A DNA stretch of 64,000 nt from Octopus vulgaris (Eukaryota), in the NCBI GenBank assembly GCA_951406725.2, contig OX597818.1:82274001-82338000 (forward strand). The letters are read 5' to 3'. Of this stretch, positions 42,901 to 56,245 are shown in pieces. The notes beneath the pieces are model-generated. The model had not been told where the DNA came from, searched no databases, and saw only the letters and a list, made by a program, of their open reading frames with translations. The position numbers were made by a program, and so were the translations under genes. Position 1 is the stretch's first letter. Each line of letters opens with the position of its first letter.

Positions 42901-43167
42901 GCGTTTGTCAAAATCGTGTGTACCTGCTAAGGTATATTATTTTACCTGTTATTTAGGTCGTAATATTAACTGAAATGTGTGGAAAGTGTACTGCCATAAC
43001 ATTATTATATTAGAAATTATATATATATATATAGGTTATCAGAGGCATTGATGTCAGTAAGACCCAAAGGGGTCAGGTAATTCTGAGTAAGTGCTATGGA
43101 TAGACCATAGTTAAGCTCCAGGGCCGGTGATTATGCTAATAAGGAGTCCAACGTAGGTCTTAGCATT

Positions 43168-43219
<52 letters not shown>

Positions 43220-43223
<4 letters not shown>

Positions 43224-43615
43224 CATATATAGCAGCATGTGTATATTAAAAAGAAGCCCTTGATTCAATAGCACTGTGTACAAACTCTATACTTGGAATG
43301 ACTAATTTTAAATACTATTGGATTTTACTCGCAAGACATTGGAACCTTATATGTATACAATTCTGTCTAAATAATGGATCTACAGATGCAATATCCCTGC
43401 ATATCTCACATCTATTTTAATTCTTCCACTTCACTCTCTATTTCGTATCTTATCTAAATTAACAATTGAGTAACCATTTTCTCACACCGTCCCCGATGAA
43501 GGGATATAATGAATATCATGGAAACCGTTGTAAGACCTTCTGTTAATAAATGTTCTAAAATCTTCACAGCCTTGGGTTTTTTTTTATCTCATTCTGAAAA
43601 AAAAGGAAATTCACA
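43220..43615 (+). mobile_element. (TA)n-flanked element with decayed HHR (43489-43536)
   Basis: gucc-CCGAUGA-agggauau aauga auaucaug-GAAA-ccguug-UA-agac. Confidence 0.55.
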
Positions 43616-43735
43616 TATATATATATATGGCGGGCTTTCAGTATCTGTCTACCAAATTCATTCACAAAGCTTTCATTGATTCATTGATTCGGGTCTATAG
43701 TAGAAGCCACTTATTCAAGATGCCAAGAACCTTGT

Positions 43736-43817
<82 letters not shown>

Positions 43818-43835
43818 TATATATATATATACATA

Positions 43836-44427
43836 TATACAAACATTTTATAATTATAAGCATAATAATAATTAGGGTTCAGCAAAATTGCTTCATCACA
43901 TACCGAAATTTAGAAATAGCCGTTAAATACTATTCCACAACCATAAGATATCATTTTTACTCACTTATTTCCGTCTTCAGTATAGTATTCAATTCTAAAT
44001 TTCAGAGTACTAATAATTAAAATGTGTATTCGACTAAGCGTCATCGAATAGCTTACATCCAAAAAACAGTACTTCCGAATTTATATAGACGAGTGAGAAC
44101 TCGCATACTTCAGCAATTACCCACGTGTGCTACGAGTAATTATTACTCTCAAATTTATAATTGAAATACTATACTGAAAACGGAAATAAGTGACTAAAAT
44201 TATTTTACATCTTTTTAATCCAGAAACGCGTATATAGTTGATCAAAGCCGGGTGGATTCGTTATTTTTTTCTGTTTTGCCTGCGTGAGGCGGGAAGTATT
44301 GCTGTCTGAGAATATCTTATGTGAGTGGAATAGTATTTAACTGCTATTCCTAAATTTCGGTATGTGGTGAAGCAATTTTGCTGAACCCTAAGTATAATTA
44401 TGCTTATAATTATAAAATTTTTGTATA
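43836..44427. mobile_element. Nested inverted-repeat element
   Basis: Outer arms ~43836-43952 and 44311-44427; inner arms ~43955-44020 and 44136-44200. Confidence 0.85.
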
Positions 44428-44545
44428 CGTTTACCGATAATGGTTCTTTTAACATACCGAAATACTTGGGAAAATTATTAATTATTAATTGATTAATTAA
44501 TTTCACCCTTTATTTTATATATATGTATATATATATATATATGTA

Positions 44546-44591
<46 letters not shown>

Positions 44592-44615
44592 TGTATATCT
44601 ATCTATCTATCTATA

Positions 44616-44670
<55 letters not shown>

Positions 44671-45539
44671 ATAGTCCCTCACATACTGACACACATTCAC
44701 ATATCTATATAAATGCAGTTTTGCCCTTTATGAACCAGAATGTAATTAGTTCAAATAAATTTTGTAGAGTAATGTGAATATATTTATGAGCAGTCACCCC
44801 TACGAATAAGCTCAGTCCATTTAAGCAGCGTAAGTGATAATGACTTTAGAAGCCACGTCATCAAGGGACGTAAGTTCAAGAGGTACGGTGTACGTTAAAG
44901 TACAAGCTTAGTTTGCACCGTGTAACCCAGAATAGAAATTTATGTCGGTGGCTCTCAACAATGGATGGCACGTGTATGTATGTTTAATTGTTGATACAGG
45001 CCTACATCATGGAATGTGTACACTCCATAGTAGGATGTATCAGGCTTTCTTTCTTTCTTTCCTTCTTTCCCATTTATCTATATCATCACTGGCATTCTTC
45101 TACATATCTTCCTCTATCTCCGACATATCCGATCTTCCCTATATGTACTCTGCTCAGCATTGTATTTTCAATCCCTTTATTTATTTGCTTTCCTTTGTGT
45201 CTATCTTACCGCAGCATTACTTCACACCCTCTTTCAATCTTCTCTTTACTCTTTACCATTTTCTCTTTACCATTCCTCTCCTCACTTCGTCTCTCTCTCC
45301 CTCTCTCTTTGTTACCAGCAAGCAGACAATTATATTCTCTAGCATATACTTCCAGACTTTACTCTATCATTGTTTTGTTGTCGAATTGTCTGTAAGTCGC
45401 TATCTCAACTCCCCTTCATACACAAGCATCGTGTAATTTTCTCCCTCATAAACCAATACATAGATAAAAATATACACATACATCTACACATTTCAGTTTC
45501 CAATGTCTCTATGTTTCTCTTTCGCTCCGTTATACATAC

Positions 45540-45621
<82 letters not shown>

Positions 45622-45746
45622 ACATCACAATCAAGGAACGGCCATAATAGGCCATTCACCCACTAGAAATAACAGCCAAATCTTCAACCGCAAAATAACA
45701 TTAATTCCGCAAACCAGGAGAAAATTAAAAAAACATTTACCCTGTA

Positions 45747-45853
45747 ATTTCTTATACGATGCACCGTTTCATCTATTGTTTAATGGTAAACTAACCTGAT
45801 TAAATTAAATCAAGCCAATCTTCCATAGGCCGTTAGATTCGTCAGTAAGAAAT
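45747..45853 (-). ncRNA. Type I hammerhead ribozyme with extended stem II (copy 1)
   Basis: auuucuua-CUGACGA-aucua[58 nt]uagau-GAAA-cggugcaucg-UA-uaagaaau; 8-bp stem I; GUA triplet. Confidence 0.85.
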
Positions 45854-46217
45854 AGCCAGATCGGAACAGATATTTTCACGAGGCACTTCTGTCCCTGCCT
45901 CGGCAATATCTGACCTAAAATTTTCAAATCATCGCACTCGCGCCAAATTTATCGGCAGCAAATAAATATAAGCCGCCGATATCCATTACGGAATTAACCA
46001 GAAAATTCATAACTAATCAATATATGGCAAAAAATTTTGTAGAATTTTTTTATAGTGGGAGAAAATTAAATAGTCATAGACCATTTATAAGTTCAACATC
46101 ACAATCAAGGAACGGCCATTAGGCCATTCACCCACTAGAAATAACAGCCAAAGCTTCAACCGCAAAATAACATTAATTCCGCAAACCAGGAGAAAATTAA
46201 AAAACATTTACCCTGTA

Positions 46218-46322
46218 ATTTCTTATACGATGCACCGTTTCATCTATTGTTTAATGGTAAACTAACCTGATTATTAAATCAAGCCAATCTTCCATAGGCT
46301 GTTAGATTCGTCAGTAAGAAAT
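46218..46322 (-). ncRNA. Type I hammerhead ribozyme with extended stem II (copy 2)
   Basis: Core, stems I and III and the base of stem II are the same as copy 1; differences fall in the stem II insert. Confidence 0.85.
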
Positions 46323-46388
46323 AGCCAGATCGAACAGATATTTTCACGAGGCACTTCTGTCCCTGCCTCGGCAATATCTTTCAAATCA

Positions 46389-46456
<68 letters not shown>

Positions 46457-46611
46457 CTATCTGTCAGATTTTCTATAATTTCTTCTTTTATTTACCCGTC
46501 TTTGCTCCATTCTCTCTTTTCTCTGACTATATATATTCATGTATTTATGTATGTATATATATATATATACACATATACATATATTTGTTTAAATATATAT
46601 ATGTGTGTGTT

Positions 46612-46677
<66 letters not shown>

Positions 46678-46712
46678 TGTATGTATGTATGTATGTATGT
46701 ATGTATGTATAT

Positions 46713-46930
46713 AGGCATGTCGAAACGTTGACCCTCCAAATTCTCCTTCTTCCTCCGATTTCTCTTTTCATTCTCTCTCCGTTTATTCCCTTTTAATCCT
46801 TTCTGTTGAAGAGCGTAGGCTCGAAACGTAACAGACTTTTCCATTCTTCTCGAGCGTTAAACTAACACACCTGCTGGTTTTTTGCTACAATTGTCTTCGT
46901 CTTTTGTTTTCTGTAAATTTGAAATATATA
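46713..46930 (+). mobile_element. Microsatellite-flanked element with variant minimal HHR (46799-46834)
   Basis: cuuu-CUGUUGA-a gagc guag gcuc-GAAA-cg-UA-acag; older relative at ~48880-49065. Confidence 0.65.
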
Positions 46931-46974
46931 TAATCCCCCATAACGTGCGGCATTTATGTGTATGAGTGCCCTTA

Positions 46975-47038
<64 letters not shown>

Positions 47039-47624
47039 GTATGCTGTACATATATATGTAAATATATATATATATACACACACATTTGTATGCATGTAGA
47101 TATATATGTCTGTATATACACACACTCATATGTAGACTACCGTACCAGCTTCCATTGTATCCACATCTTTCTCCTCTAAATTCTTCCACATCCATCGATT
47201 ATCACCCATCTCCCCAATATGTCTCTTTTCCTTACTCAGTCAATCTCTCCCACACACATACTTTCTCTCCTCTTCCTTTTTTCTCTTTCAACCAAATCTT
47301 TTATAATTGTTTTCTTCCACGAATCTCCATTCTCCTAACAGCAAAGAACACAAGAACGCAAATTCTACACCACTCCAGAAACATAAAAAGAAAAAAAAAT
47401 TAAACGATTCCTATTAGAGTAATTTTGTTTGCAAATCAATCTCTGTGAAATTCAAAGAATAAACTAAGAACAAACGTAACCGACAGTCTTACATTTTTGA
47501 AGAGAAACAAGAACACGGGACGAGAAATAAATGTTTTAATCAAATATTCTCCAAGCACAACACCAAAATGCGTTTATTCATATATTCATGTTGTGTACTT
47601 GTTCTGGTGAAGTTGATAGCATTT

Positions 47625-47638
47625 CTCCTTTCTTTCTC

Positions 47639-47688
<50 letters not shown>

Positions 47689-47772
47689 TTTCTTCCTTCC
47701 TTCCTTTCTTTCTTTCTGTCTTCCTCTCTATCTCTTCCTTTCTTTCTCTCTCTCCCTTTCGTTCATTCTCTT

Positions 47773-47813
<41 letters not shown>

Positions 47814-47930
47814 CTCAGTCGTTCATTCTTTCTTGGTTTCTTTCTCTTTCTTTCTTTTCCCCTCTTTCTTTCGACATTTTCTCTCTCTCTTTCTTTTATC
47901 TTTTCTTTCTTTCTCTTTCGTTCATTCTTA
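47625..47930. repeat. (TTTC)n/(TC)n pyrimidine tract
   Basis: Direct runs. Confidence 0.9.
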
Positions 47931-47975
47931 TTTCTAAATGTATATGTAATTTTCTCCTTATAATTATGTATATAC

Positions 47976-48019
<44 letters not shown>

Positions 48020-48137
48020 ATGTATATACATATTTATATATATATACATACATATTTATTTATTTATATATGTATATACATATACATATATATATGTATA
48101 TATATATATATATATACATATATCTATATGTATATAC

Positions 48138-48193
<56 letters not shown>

Positions 48194-48280
48194 TCCTGTG
48201 TTCTTCAACATAAATCTACACACACACATATACTGTGTATATTATTCGTTATATTCATCTTTTATATTTTGCTCAACTGC

Positions 48281-48462
48281 CGTATTTTAACGTGTATAAG
48301 GAACCTTCCTTCTCAAAAATTAGGTTTAAAAAGTATGGTAACTTTTTATGTCCCGATTGTATTATAATCCCTTACAATACCTCCCTTCCAAATTTAATGC
48401 TCCCCAAATTAGTGGGGGAGGGGCTTAGTACTCGAGGGTTCCTTATACACGTTAAAATACAG
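48281..48462. repeat. Inverted-repeat element
   Basis: gtattttaacgtgtataaggaacc pairs with ggttccttatacacgttaaaatac (24 bp). Confidence 0.8.
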
Positions 48463-49514
48463 TATATTGTTTAACAATTTCGTTTAATACACTTTTGGTG
48501 TTGGTATCAGGGAAGAAAGCGCTCGTAATTATTTTCGGCATTATAAGCATTACGTTCAAACTCATTTCTATAAGAAATTCATACAGCTTGCTTCTATTTG
48601 ATCACAGTCACACACACACAAACACACTCAGTTACACATGTGCACACGCCACGTGGAAATGCACACATTAGCTTCTTTAGAAAACACACACACTGACATA
48701 CACGTCAAACTCACCCGCCCCCATTCATACATATATATTTTCATACTCACCAACACCATTCTCATATGCATATCCTTCGGCACCTCCTCTTCCTGAGATC
48801 ACCATGAATTATCTCCCCTTCATTCAACATCTATTTATTATTAACTCATTTTTATTCAGCCTCTTTTTGTTTCCAATCAGTCACCATGTTGGAACATTGA
48901 TCTCAACGCGATTTTTTTCATTATCTCTCAATTTCCTTTTACTCCTTTCTGTCGAAGAGTGTATGCATGAAGCGTAAATGATTTTTACCTGAGTCTCAAA
49001 CTAATGCACGTACTTATTCTTCCTACACTTTTCCTCGTCTTTGCACTTCTATAAATCTGAACTATGTATGTATACACACAAACACACACCCATACACACA
49101 CACATACACATAAATATATAGTCTATGAGGATAATACTAATCTTTTGGGGAAGAATTTTTCTCCCGTGTGTGAGCGCTTTCGTTAAATCTCTTCAATCAC
49201 ACGTGCTCTTAAAGAGGAAGTTCTTATTTTTGTGGTAGTGGTAGTATTATTTCCGGTTTATTTTCGGACTTATGGTTTTAGTCATAAATATTATTTTACA
49301 GTTTTTTTAGTATATGGAGTGTTGAATATTTTCCATTTAATTTCGGATTTAGATTTCTTATAAAGTATTCGTCTTTTGCCTTTTATAGTTGTACATTTTC
49401 ATCGTTTACTTTGTAAAATGGGAATATCTTAAATTCTCTATTTGCGCAGGTATCTAGACGTTCACTGCGTGGGACATTCCAAAGAGATGAATCCCTAATT
49501 TGTTGCTTATGCTC

Positions 49515-49632
49515 AACCATGTCAACGTGAATCCATTTTCTGCAGGCACTTGATAACACTATGATGCCAATTTTTTCCATTTTCAAAAGAAGTTGCAACG
49601 AGTTACTTTTTAAGTCACCTTTGAACAGTCTG
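49515..49632 (-). mobile_element. mariner N-terminal remnant
   Basis: Minus reads MEK..WHHSVIKCLQK..IHVDMV across frames, like a mariner transposase start. Confidence 0.5.
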
Positions 49633-49725
49633 TTTATAAGGAAAGAAACAATGGAAAGAAACAATGAATTTATTACTAAGAAGGGTCGAAGTAATAGTAA
49701 CAATAACAGTCATAATAATAATAAC

Positions 49726-49770
<45 letters not shown>

Positions 49771-49771
<1 letters not shown>

Positions 49772-49980
49772 TCAGACAAATACATAACAAAAACACCAGG
49801 ACTTACAAACACATATAACATACAGAAAATTGCACTACTAGGCACTGCACACATCCTACGCAGAACACTTTCCATACAATAACCATCAGAGCATCACAAC
49901 AAATCACAGCACATACCCAAGGCACACAGAGCTGCGCTCGGTAGTGAAGTGAAAGCACGCTATAAAAATAAAACTACTGA
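49771..49980 (+). mobile_element. R4/Dong-clade non-LTR retrotransposon 3' end inserted in (TAA)n
   Basis: SDKYITKTPGLTNTYNIQKIALLGTAHILRRTLSIQ* plus ~100-nt 3'UTR; (TAA)n on both sides. Confidence 0.85.
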
Positions 49981-50101
49981 ATAATAATAATAATAATAAT
50001 ACATGTCAATATTATCTTTATCAACATACTTCATAACATTCTGACTACTACTACTACTAGTACGCCAATGACAACACCCCCACTACTACTACTACTACTA
50101 C

Positions 50102-50136
<35 letters not shown>

Positions 50137-50529
50137 ATAGTAGTATTGTTGTTGTTTCATTTTTATTAGTATTTTTATTGTAATTATAAACGTCTCTCAC
50201 TTTCTTTTCACCTTTAACGTAAAGGCCTAAAAGAAATTGTATACCGTTGCTATAATGTTCCACTATATCTGATGCCCCTGTGGCTAATAAAGGAAATCCT
50301 AATCATTTTTGGTTTTGTTTCTTTTCCTTTTGTCGCTGTCGTGATCTAGTCGTCAGTTTTGTTTTTTCTATTTTCAACACTTCGCAAGAATTCTTAATAT
50401 CGATTATGTTCTTAGTCCTGGTGGACGTAAAAGACGTTACTATCTCAACTGACAATATCTATCTACCATAATACTCATTTTTTTATAAACTCTATAACCG
50501 ACTTCGCCATTTTGTACAAATCAGTCTCG

Positions 50530-50579
<50 letters not shown>

Positions 50580-50589
50580 CATATATATA

Positions 50590-50865
50590 CTAGAAACAGG
50601 AGATATATATTTGCACTGGGAACCACTTCACATTGACAACCGGTGATGGTCACACTCTGATGATGGGTCAATACCCAGAAACTCGGGTTCGTGTGTATTA
50701 CGTCAGGTGGGAGAGGGGAAGGATGGCCTCCCTTTGTAAATACTGATAGGGCTCAGAATGTGTGTCAATAGCCAACAGGAGGTGTCTTCCTGGGGCTACA
50801 GGCTACAGTATCATCCACCCTTAAGGGTTAGCCACATTTAAGCGGCAAATATACTTCACGATATA
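50590..50865 (+). mobile_element. (TA)n-flanked HHR element, same family as 25944-26502
   Basis: Colinear with the reverse complement of ~25993-26260. Confidence 0.8.
50651..50695 (+). ncRNA. Type I hammerhead ribozyme motif; cleavage triplet appears mutated
   Basis: cacacu-CUGAUGA-ugggu caau accca-GAAA-cucggg-UU-cgugug. Confidence 0.7.
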
Positions 50866-50866
50866 T

Positions 50867-50967
<101 letters not shown>

Positions 50968-51402
50968 AATAGCTAACGTAATCCAGGATATTTATGTAAA
51001 TCTACAGGGAGATGGATTGGTAGAATTTCATAGTTGCACCACGACTCCTATGCTGAATGATAGGAGACATCCTGAAAATTGCCAATGTGAAGTTGAACAA
51101 AATTCTTATCCATTTTTTCACAGATTGCTGTAACATATAAGGAAACAAACTTATTGCACAACGACACCAAAACGACAAAAGATAATGTAACATAATAACG
51201 TGTTTTGGAATAAATAGCAAATAAATTTAAATGCGGACGTTTAATATATAGAACGTTTCGGACTGTGGAAACACTTGGGATTTACCCATACACCCACCCA
51301 CACAACCCACACACACATATATTTATATATATATACATATATACATATATACTTATTTATGTGTATATGTATATTGTATTGTGTATGCATATACGCGTAT
51401 AC

Positions 51403-51465
<63 letters not shown>

Positions 51466-52239
51466 TGTGTCTGTGTGTGTTTCTATCTCTATCTATCTAG
51501 CTATCTATCTGTGTGTGTGTGTCTGTCTGTATAAATATATATATACATATGTGTACATCCAACATTTACAGACTACCTATCAATTCAGTTGACACCTAGA
51601 AAACCTGTGTGCATGCCTGTACGTGTGTGTGTGTGACTGACTGCAAATGCTTCTATGTATATGTGTGTAAGCATGCACGTGGAGTCACGCGCTCTTGTGT
51701 ATGTGTGTTTTGTCACCAAACAGGCGCACGTCTATCTAATCAACATCAAGACATAACGTGTCTATCCCATCAACATTTTTAATGAATATATCAGCCAACA
51801 CTTTCAACACCGAACACATTCAATTGAAAAAAAAATAAAGAATAAAAGAAATGAAAAATATATAAAAATATATCAAAAAATGTAAACTCTACAAATACAT
51901 AAAATACGAAAAAAAAACCCCAAATAACTAAAATATTCAAACGACGAAATGAAGTTCCCACCCCAAACCATTATTTATTTGTGAAATAAAAACCATTGAG
52001 ATCAATGAAGTTCTCTCGGCGAACCAATTTTCAGGACCAAATTGTGTGAGCTTTGCAATCAGTTTTATCTGTGAAGATAATTAACCTCCTTCTAGAATGT
52101 TATCAGCATTCTTGAGACAATTCCAAGTGCCCAATTGTTGTTCAAGTATTACTGTATACAGAACAAATAGCAAGATACACAAATACACACATACTCACAA
52201 TTACATCCTGTCACACACATATATGTATGTATATGTGTA

Positions 52240-52292
<53 letters not shown>

Positions 52293-52393
52293 GCATATAT
52301 GTGTATATATATATATATGTATATAATATATATATATATATATATGTGTGTATATATATATATATATATGTATATAATATATATATGTATATA

Positions 52394-52460
<67 letters not shown>

Positions 52461-53162
52461 AAGAGAGAGAGCGGTGGCGTACCTTAATCACTTATAAAGA
52501 CATATAGACATATACGTTGGGAACATATATGCATGTGCACACAAATTCACACTTTCCTGCATATATACAGAGAGATACAGACACTCATACACACGCGGAC
52601 ACACACACAGTCTTGCCACGTATATATTTTAGCTCTCGTTAACATACACGTCCCATGTACATTTAATCATGAGACACATTCGCAGAGAAGCCTGTACAAT
52701 TTTACCCTTGTACACACGGAAATGAAACAGTTAACGAACGAGAACGTGAATTTGAATTATACTTTACTATTACCATACTTCCTCTTATAATAGCAACCTT
52801 CTACAGTTTTCAGCCTTCTTAAGTTATTTATTATTTATTTTTGTTTCAAATAAACCTCACTCAGCAAACTATATCCAAGAAAATATTCGCTACATGGTCG
52901 CAAGAGCTACAAGAAATTTACAGCTATATCCCCCTAAAGTGGAGAATGTCTGTAAGATGTCTTACAGAATGTAATATTGAGTGATGTGATACTGGGTTAT
53001 TTCTCCATCTGGAACACATTGGGTGTTTGTAACTGGGGTGTCTGTTACCAGAGATTTACTATTTCTGGCCTGACCTGGGGTTAAGTTTGAACAGGGTATA
53101 CAATTCTTTATGAAATGAAACCGAATATTTGTCGCAAAAGACCCATATCTATCTATCTATCG

Positions 53163-53247
<85 letters not shown>

Positions 53248-53329
53248 CATATATGTATGTATGTGTGTGTATAAATACATACATGCATGCATATATACTT
53301 ATTGTACATACATACATATATAACAATAT

Positions 53330-54020
53330 CCAACGCGTCGGATGTGAGCTCGTACGGAAGTACTCTCTTTCTGATGACCTCCCATACGACCCCAAATCCG
53401 TCCGACTTGTATACCTCAAAGAAGAATTGAAGGCGATAGTAACATTGACATGAAGCGAAGCTTCTCTTGGTCTCGTGATCGCTACATGACATCACACCGC
53501 GAAGGCTATATATTTGTAATCCAAGAAAAGATTACTACGAAACACCTAAGCAGCAAAAGCGAGAGTGAAGTTCTTAGAGTTTCAAGATGCAAACCTAAAT
53601 GTAGATTGTCATATTGTTGTTGAAGTCATCACACACGTGATTAGCAGCTGCCAATGACAAAAATGTCATTAATTTACTACTTCCCTATGAGACATGAATT
53701 TGTCGCAAAAGCAATATACTACGCCATTCGAAAGAAAGACTGACTTGGAATAAATATATAGAATTTCCCTCTTATTGAATAAGCACAAAAAATTAGCACG
53801 AGGAATAATGGTGAAACATCCCTATCAAAACATCTGTCATGTGGGAGCTTAACAGGCCGGATATTGCAGTTTCGGTTTGAAAAAGTACGTACTGTCATAG
53901 ACGTCAGCTGTCCTGCTGATGTGAATATCTCTTTGAAGATCAAAGAGAAAGAAGATAACTATGGACAACTTCTTCGAAACCTCTAGCTTCTATATCTCGA
54001 TTATAAATTTACATTCTTGA
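53330..54020 (+). mobile_element. RLE-type (NeSL/R4-like) non-LTR retrotransposon C-terminal fragment, decayed
   Basis: TSHREGYIFVIQE, CRL..EVITHVISSC zinc knuckle, MRHEFVAKAIY, NRPDIAV, VIDVSCPADVNISLKIKEKEDNY (PD-D/ExK-like endonuclease). Confidence 0.8.
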
Positions 54021-55471
54021 TTGCCCTAATTTTTTTTTAACCTTATGCAATATGATAATATTGTTTGAAATGATCTCTTTAAACAATTCTTGATTTTTCT
54101 TTTTCTCAAATAGCTCCACCCTCCTGATCTTAGTATTCATAAAGACATTGATATAAATAACCTTCCTAATTAAGTACCAATTAGAAAATATAATTATCAT
54201 GTAGGGTGTAATAATAACTTCATAAACCTATCACATAACCCTTAATTTTACAAAAAGATTAGTTGAAAGTAGAATCGTTCCATAACTTAAAAGACATCAG
54301 TCTTTTATAGATATTATCCTAACAAGTAAATATAATTTTTAGTCTAATATATTTTGAATTATTAAACTTTTTTTCTAAAAATCTTCTCTATTGGTGTTAA
54401 CAAGCTAAATATACTTTACCATAGTAATTAAAGCATTTTACCCCTTTTCTATGATGTTCTGCCCATGATTATTTTATTTTATTCTATTTTCAAAATTAGC
54501 CTTTATTTATTTACTTATAGAATTATTCAAAGTCTTGTATCTCTGTAAATTTCATACTCAGCTTATATAAAGCTATGCTAATATATTCACTACTTATAAC
54601 AAAAAAAATCTGCTTAGACTAAAATTTTTAATATATAATTAGCATGGTCTTTTACCTCAATACTCCTTTATTAATACCAGTAAATATCATTTAATCGATA
54701 TTCACAGATATCTGATAAGTTAGTATTTAAGTGTATAAATATTATACTATTTCTATATTTTCTTTTCCTCCTTCTATTGTGGTAAAATTTTGATGTATAC
54801 TAAAAAGTACTCTTAATTATTCTTCTTAATAATCTTTTGAATAACCCTAAACTTTATCTCTATACAATATATCAGCATTCTTTTATAGTAGTTAACTGTA
54901 GTACTACATGATAAGACTTCCCCTGTCCCATTATCAATGGTCTGCTAGTGGGCGATCCCTTAATTATCAGCTAACATATTGTTTTAGGTATTCTCTTACT
55001 AAACCTCATGACATTGCTTCAAATAAATCTTGATTTTATGACTATACCATTTAGAATGTCTGTCTACTCCACCAACTCTACCCCGAACAGATACTACCCT
55101 CTGTCTTCTCTCAGCCTTAAATATACAAAGGATTTCATAAACTAGTCTATAAATTAAAACTGACCCGGAAAAAAAAATCAAAATTATAGAAAAAACAGTG
55201 ACATGCAGTGTCTTCTTGAAAAAACAATTCAGTTACAACTATGATGTTGTTGGTAAAACATGTTCTTTGTATATCTCCTTATCATTTTGGAGATTTTAGG
55301 CAAAATTATACTAATGTGTCCTTCTAATTTAATTAAATTCTAAGTCCTTGGGCAACTGAAGATTGCTCTACATTTTAAATTTATGTAACAAAATGATTGC
55401 ATTGTTCAATTAAACGGAGTCGGCTGAAACGATCGTTCTGCATTACCTCTGGATATAATTCTTGCTTATTT

Positions 55472-55514
<43 letters not shown>

Positions 55515-55561
55515 GTGAGAGAAAGACAGACAGGGATAGTGAGATAGATAGATAGATAGAC

Positions 55562-55597
<36 letters not shown>

Positions 55598-55598
55598 T

Positions 55599-55661
<63 letters not shown>

Positions 55662-56245
55662 GGATAGATAGATAGATAGATAGATAGACAGGCATACAGA
55701 CAGAAAGACAGAAAGAAAGATAGGTAAATATTTTGCAGTAGTTTTCAAAGTGCAGATTTGAATTACTGTACAATACATAAAACGTTTTAAGATGTCAACA
55801 CTAATAACCGTAAAGATTTACAAATGGGTATGTATACAGTTTCAAATGCAATGGCACCCATACTTACAACTCAGAATTTCGCTACAGTGAAAATATGAGA
55901 GAATAAAGTTTTATGGGAAATGGGATAACTGAGTTACTGCTTTGGATATTCATTCGAACGTAATTCGTCAAAGACTTACTTCATAAACAGTTATATTCGA
56001 AGTGGAAATTGTAACGAAGTAACGTTGGTTGAAGTGAATGGGAATTATCACCTGCTTTATTTTTCACTATATCAGGTCTGCTGTTCAAAGTGAGCACCCA
56101 TCGAACTGTCGTATCATGGTCGGATGTGTGTGATTTCTCTACCGTCAACGTTATTGTGTGCATGTTCGCATATGCAGTATGTATAATAACAGTAGATGTA
56201 AGACAATAAAAGCCTAAAATGATGTAATGTGAATTGCCAACTTAC

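Larger units (their letters stand above)
45619..46390 (-). mobile_element. Retrozyme-like element: partial tandem repeat with two HHRs, inserted in (TA)n
   Basis: Direct repeats 45619-45933 and 46093-46390, no ORF, long (TA)n on both sides. Confidence 0.8.

Noticed and set aside
54020-55200. AT-rich stretch possibly from an old L1-like LINE (minus)
   Set aside because: No clear RT or endonuclease motif could be read; a profile search is needed.
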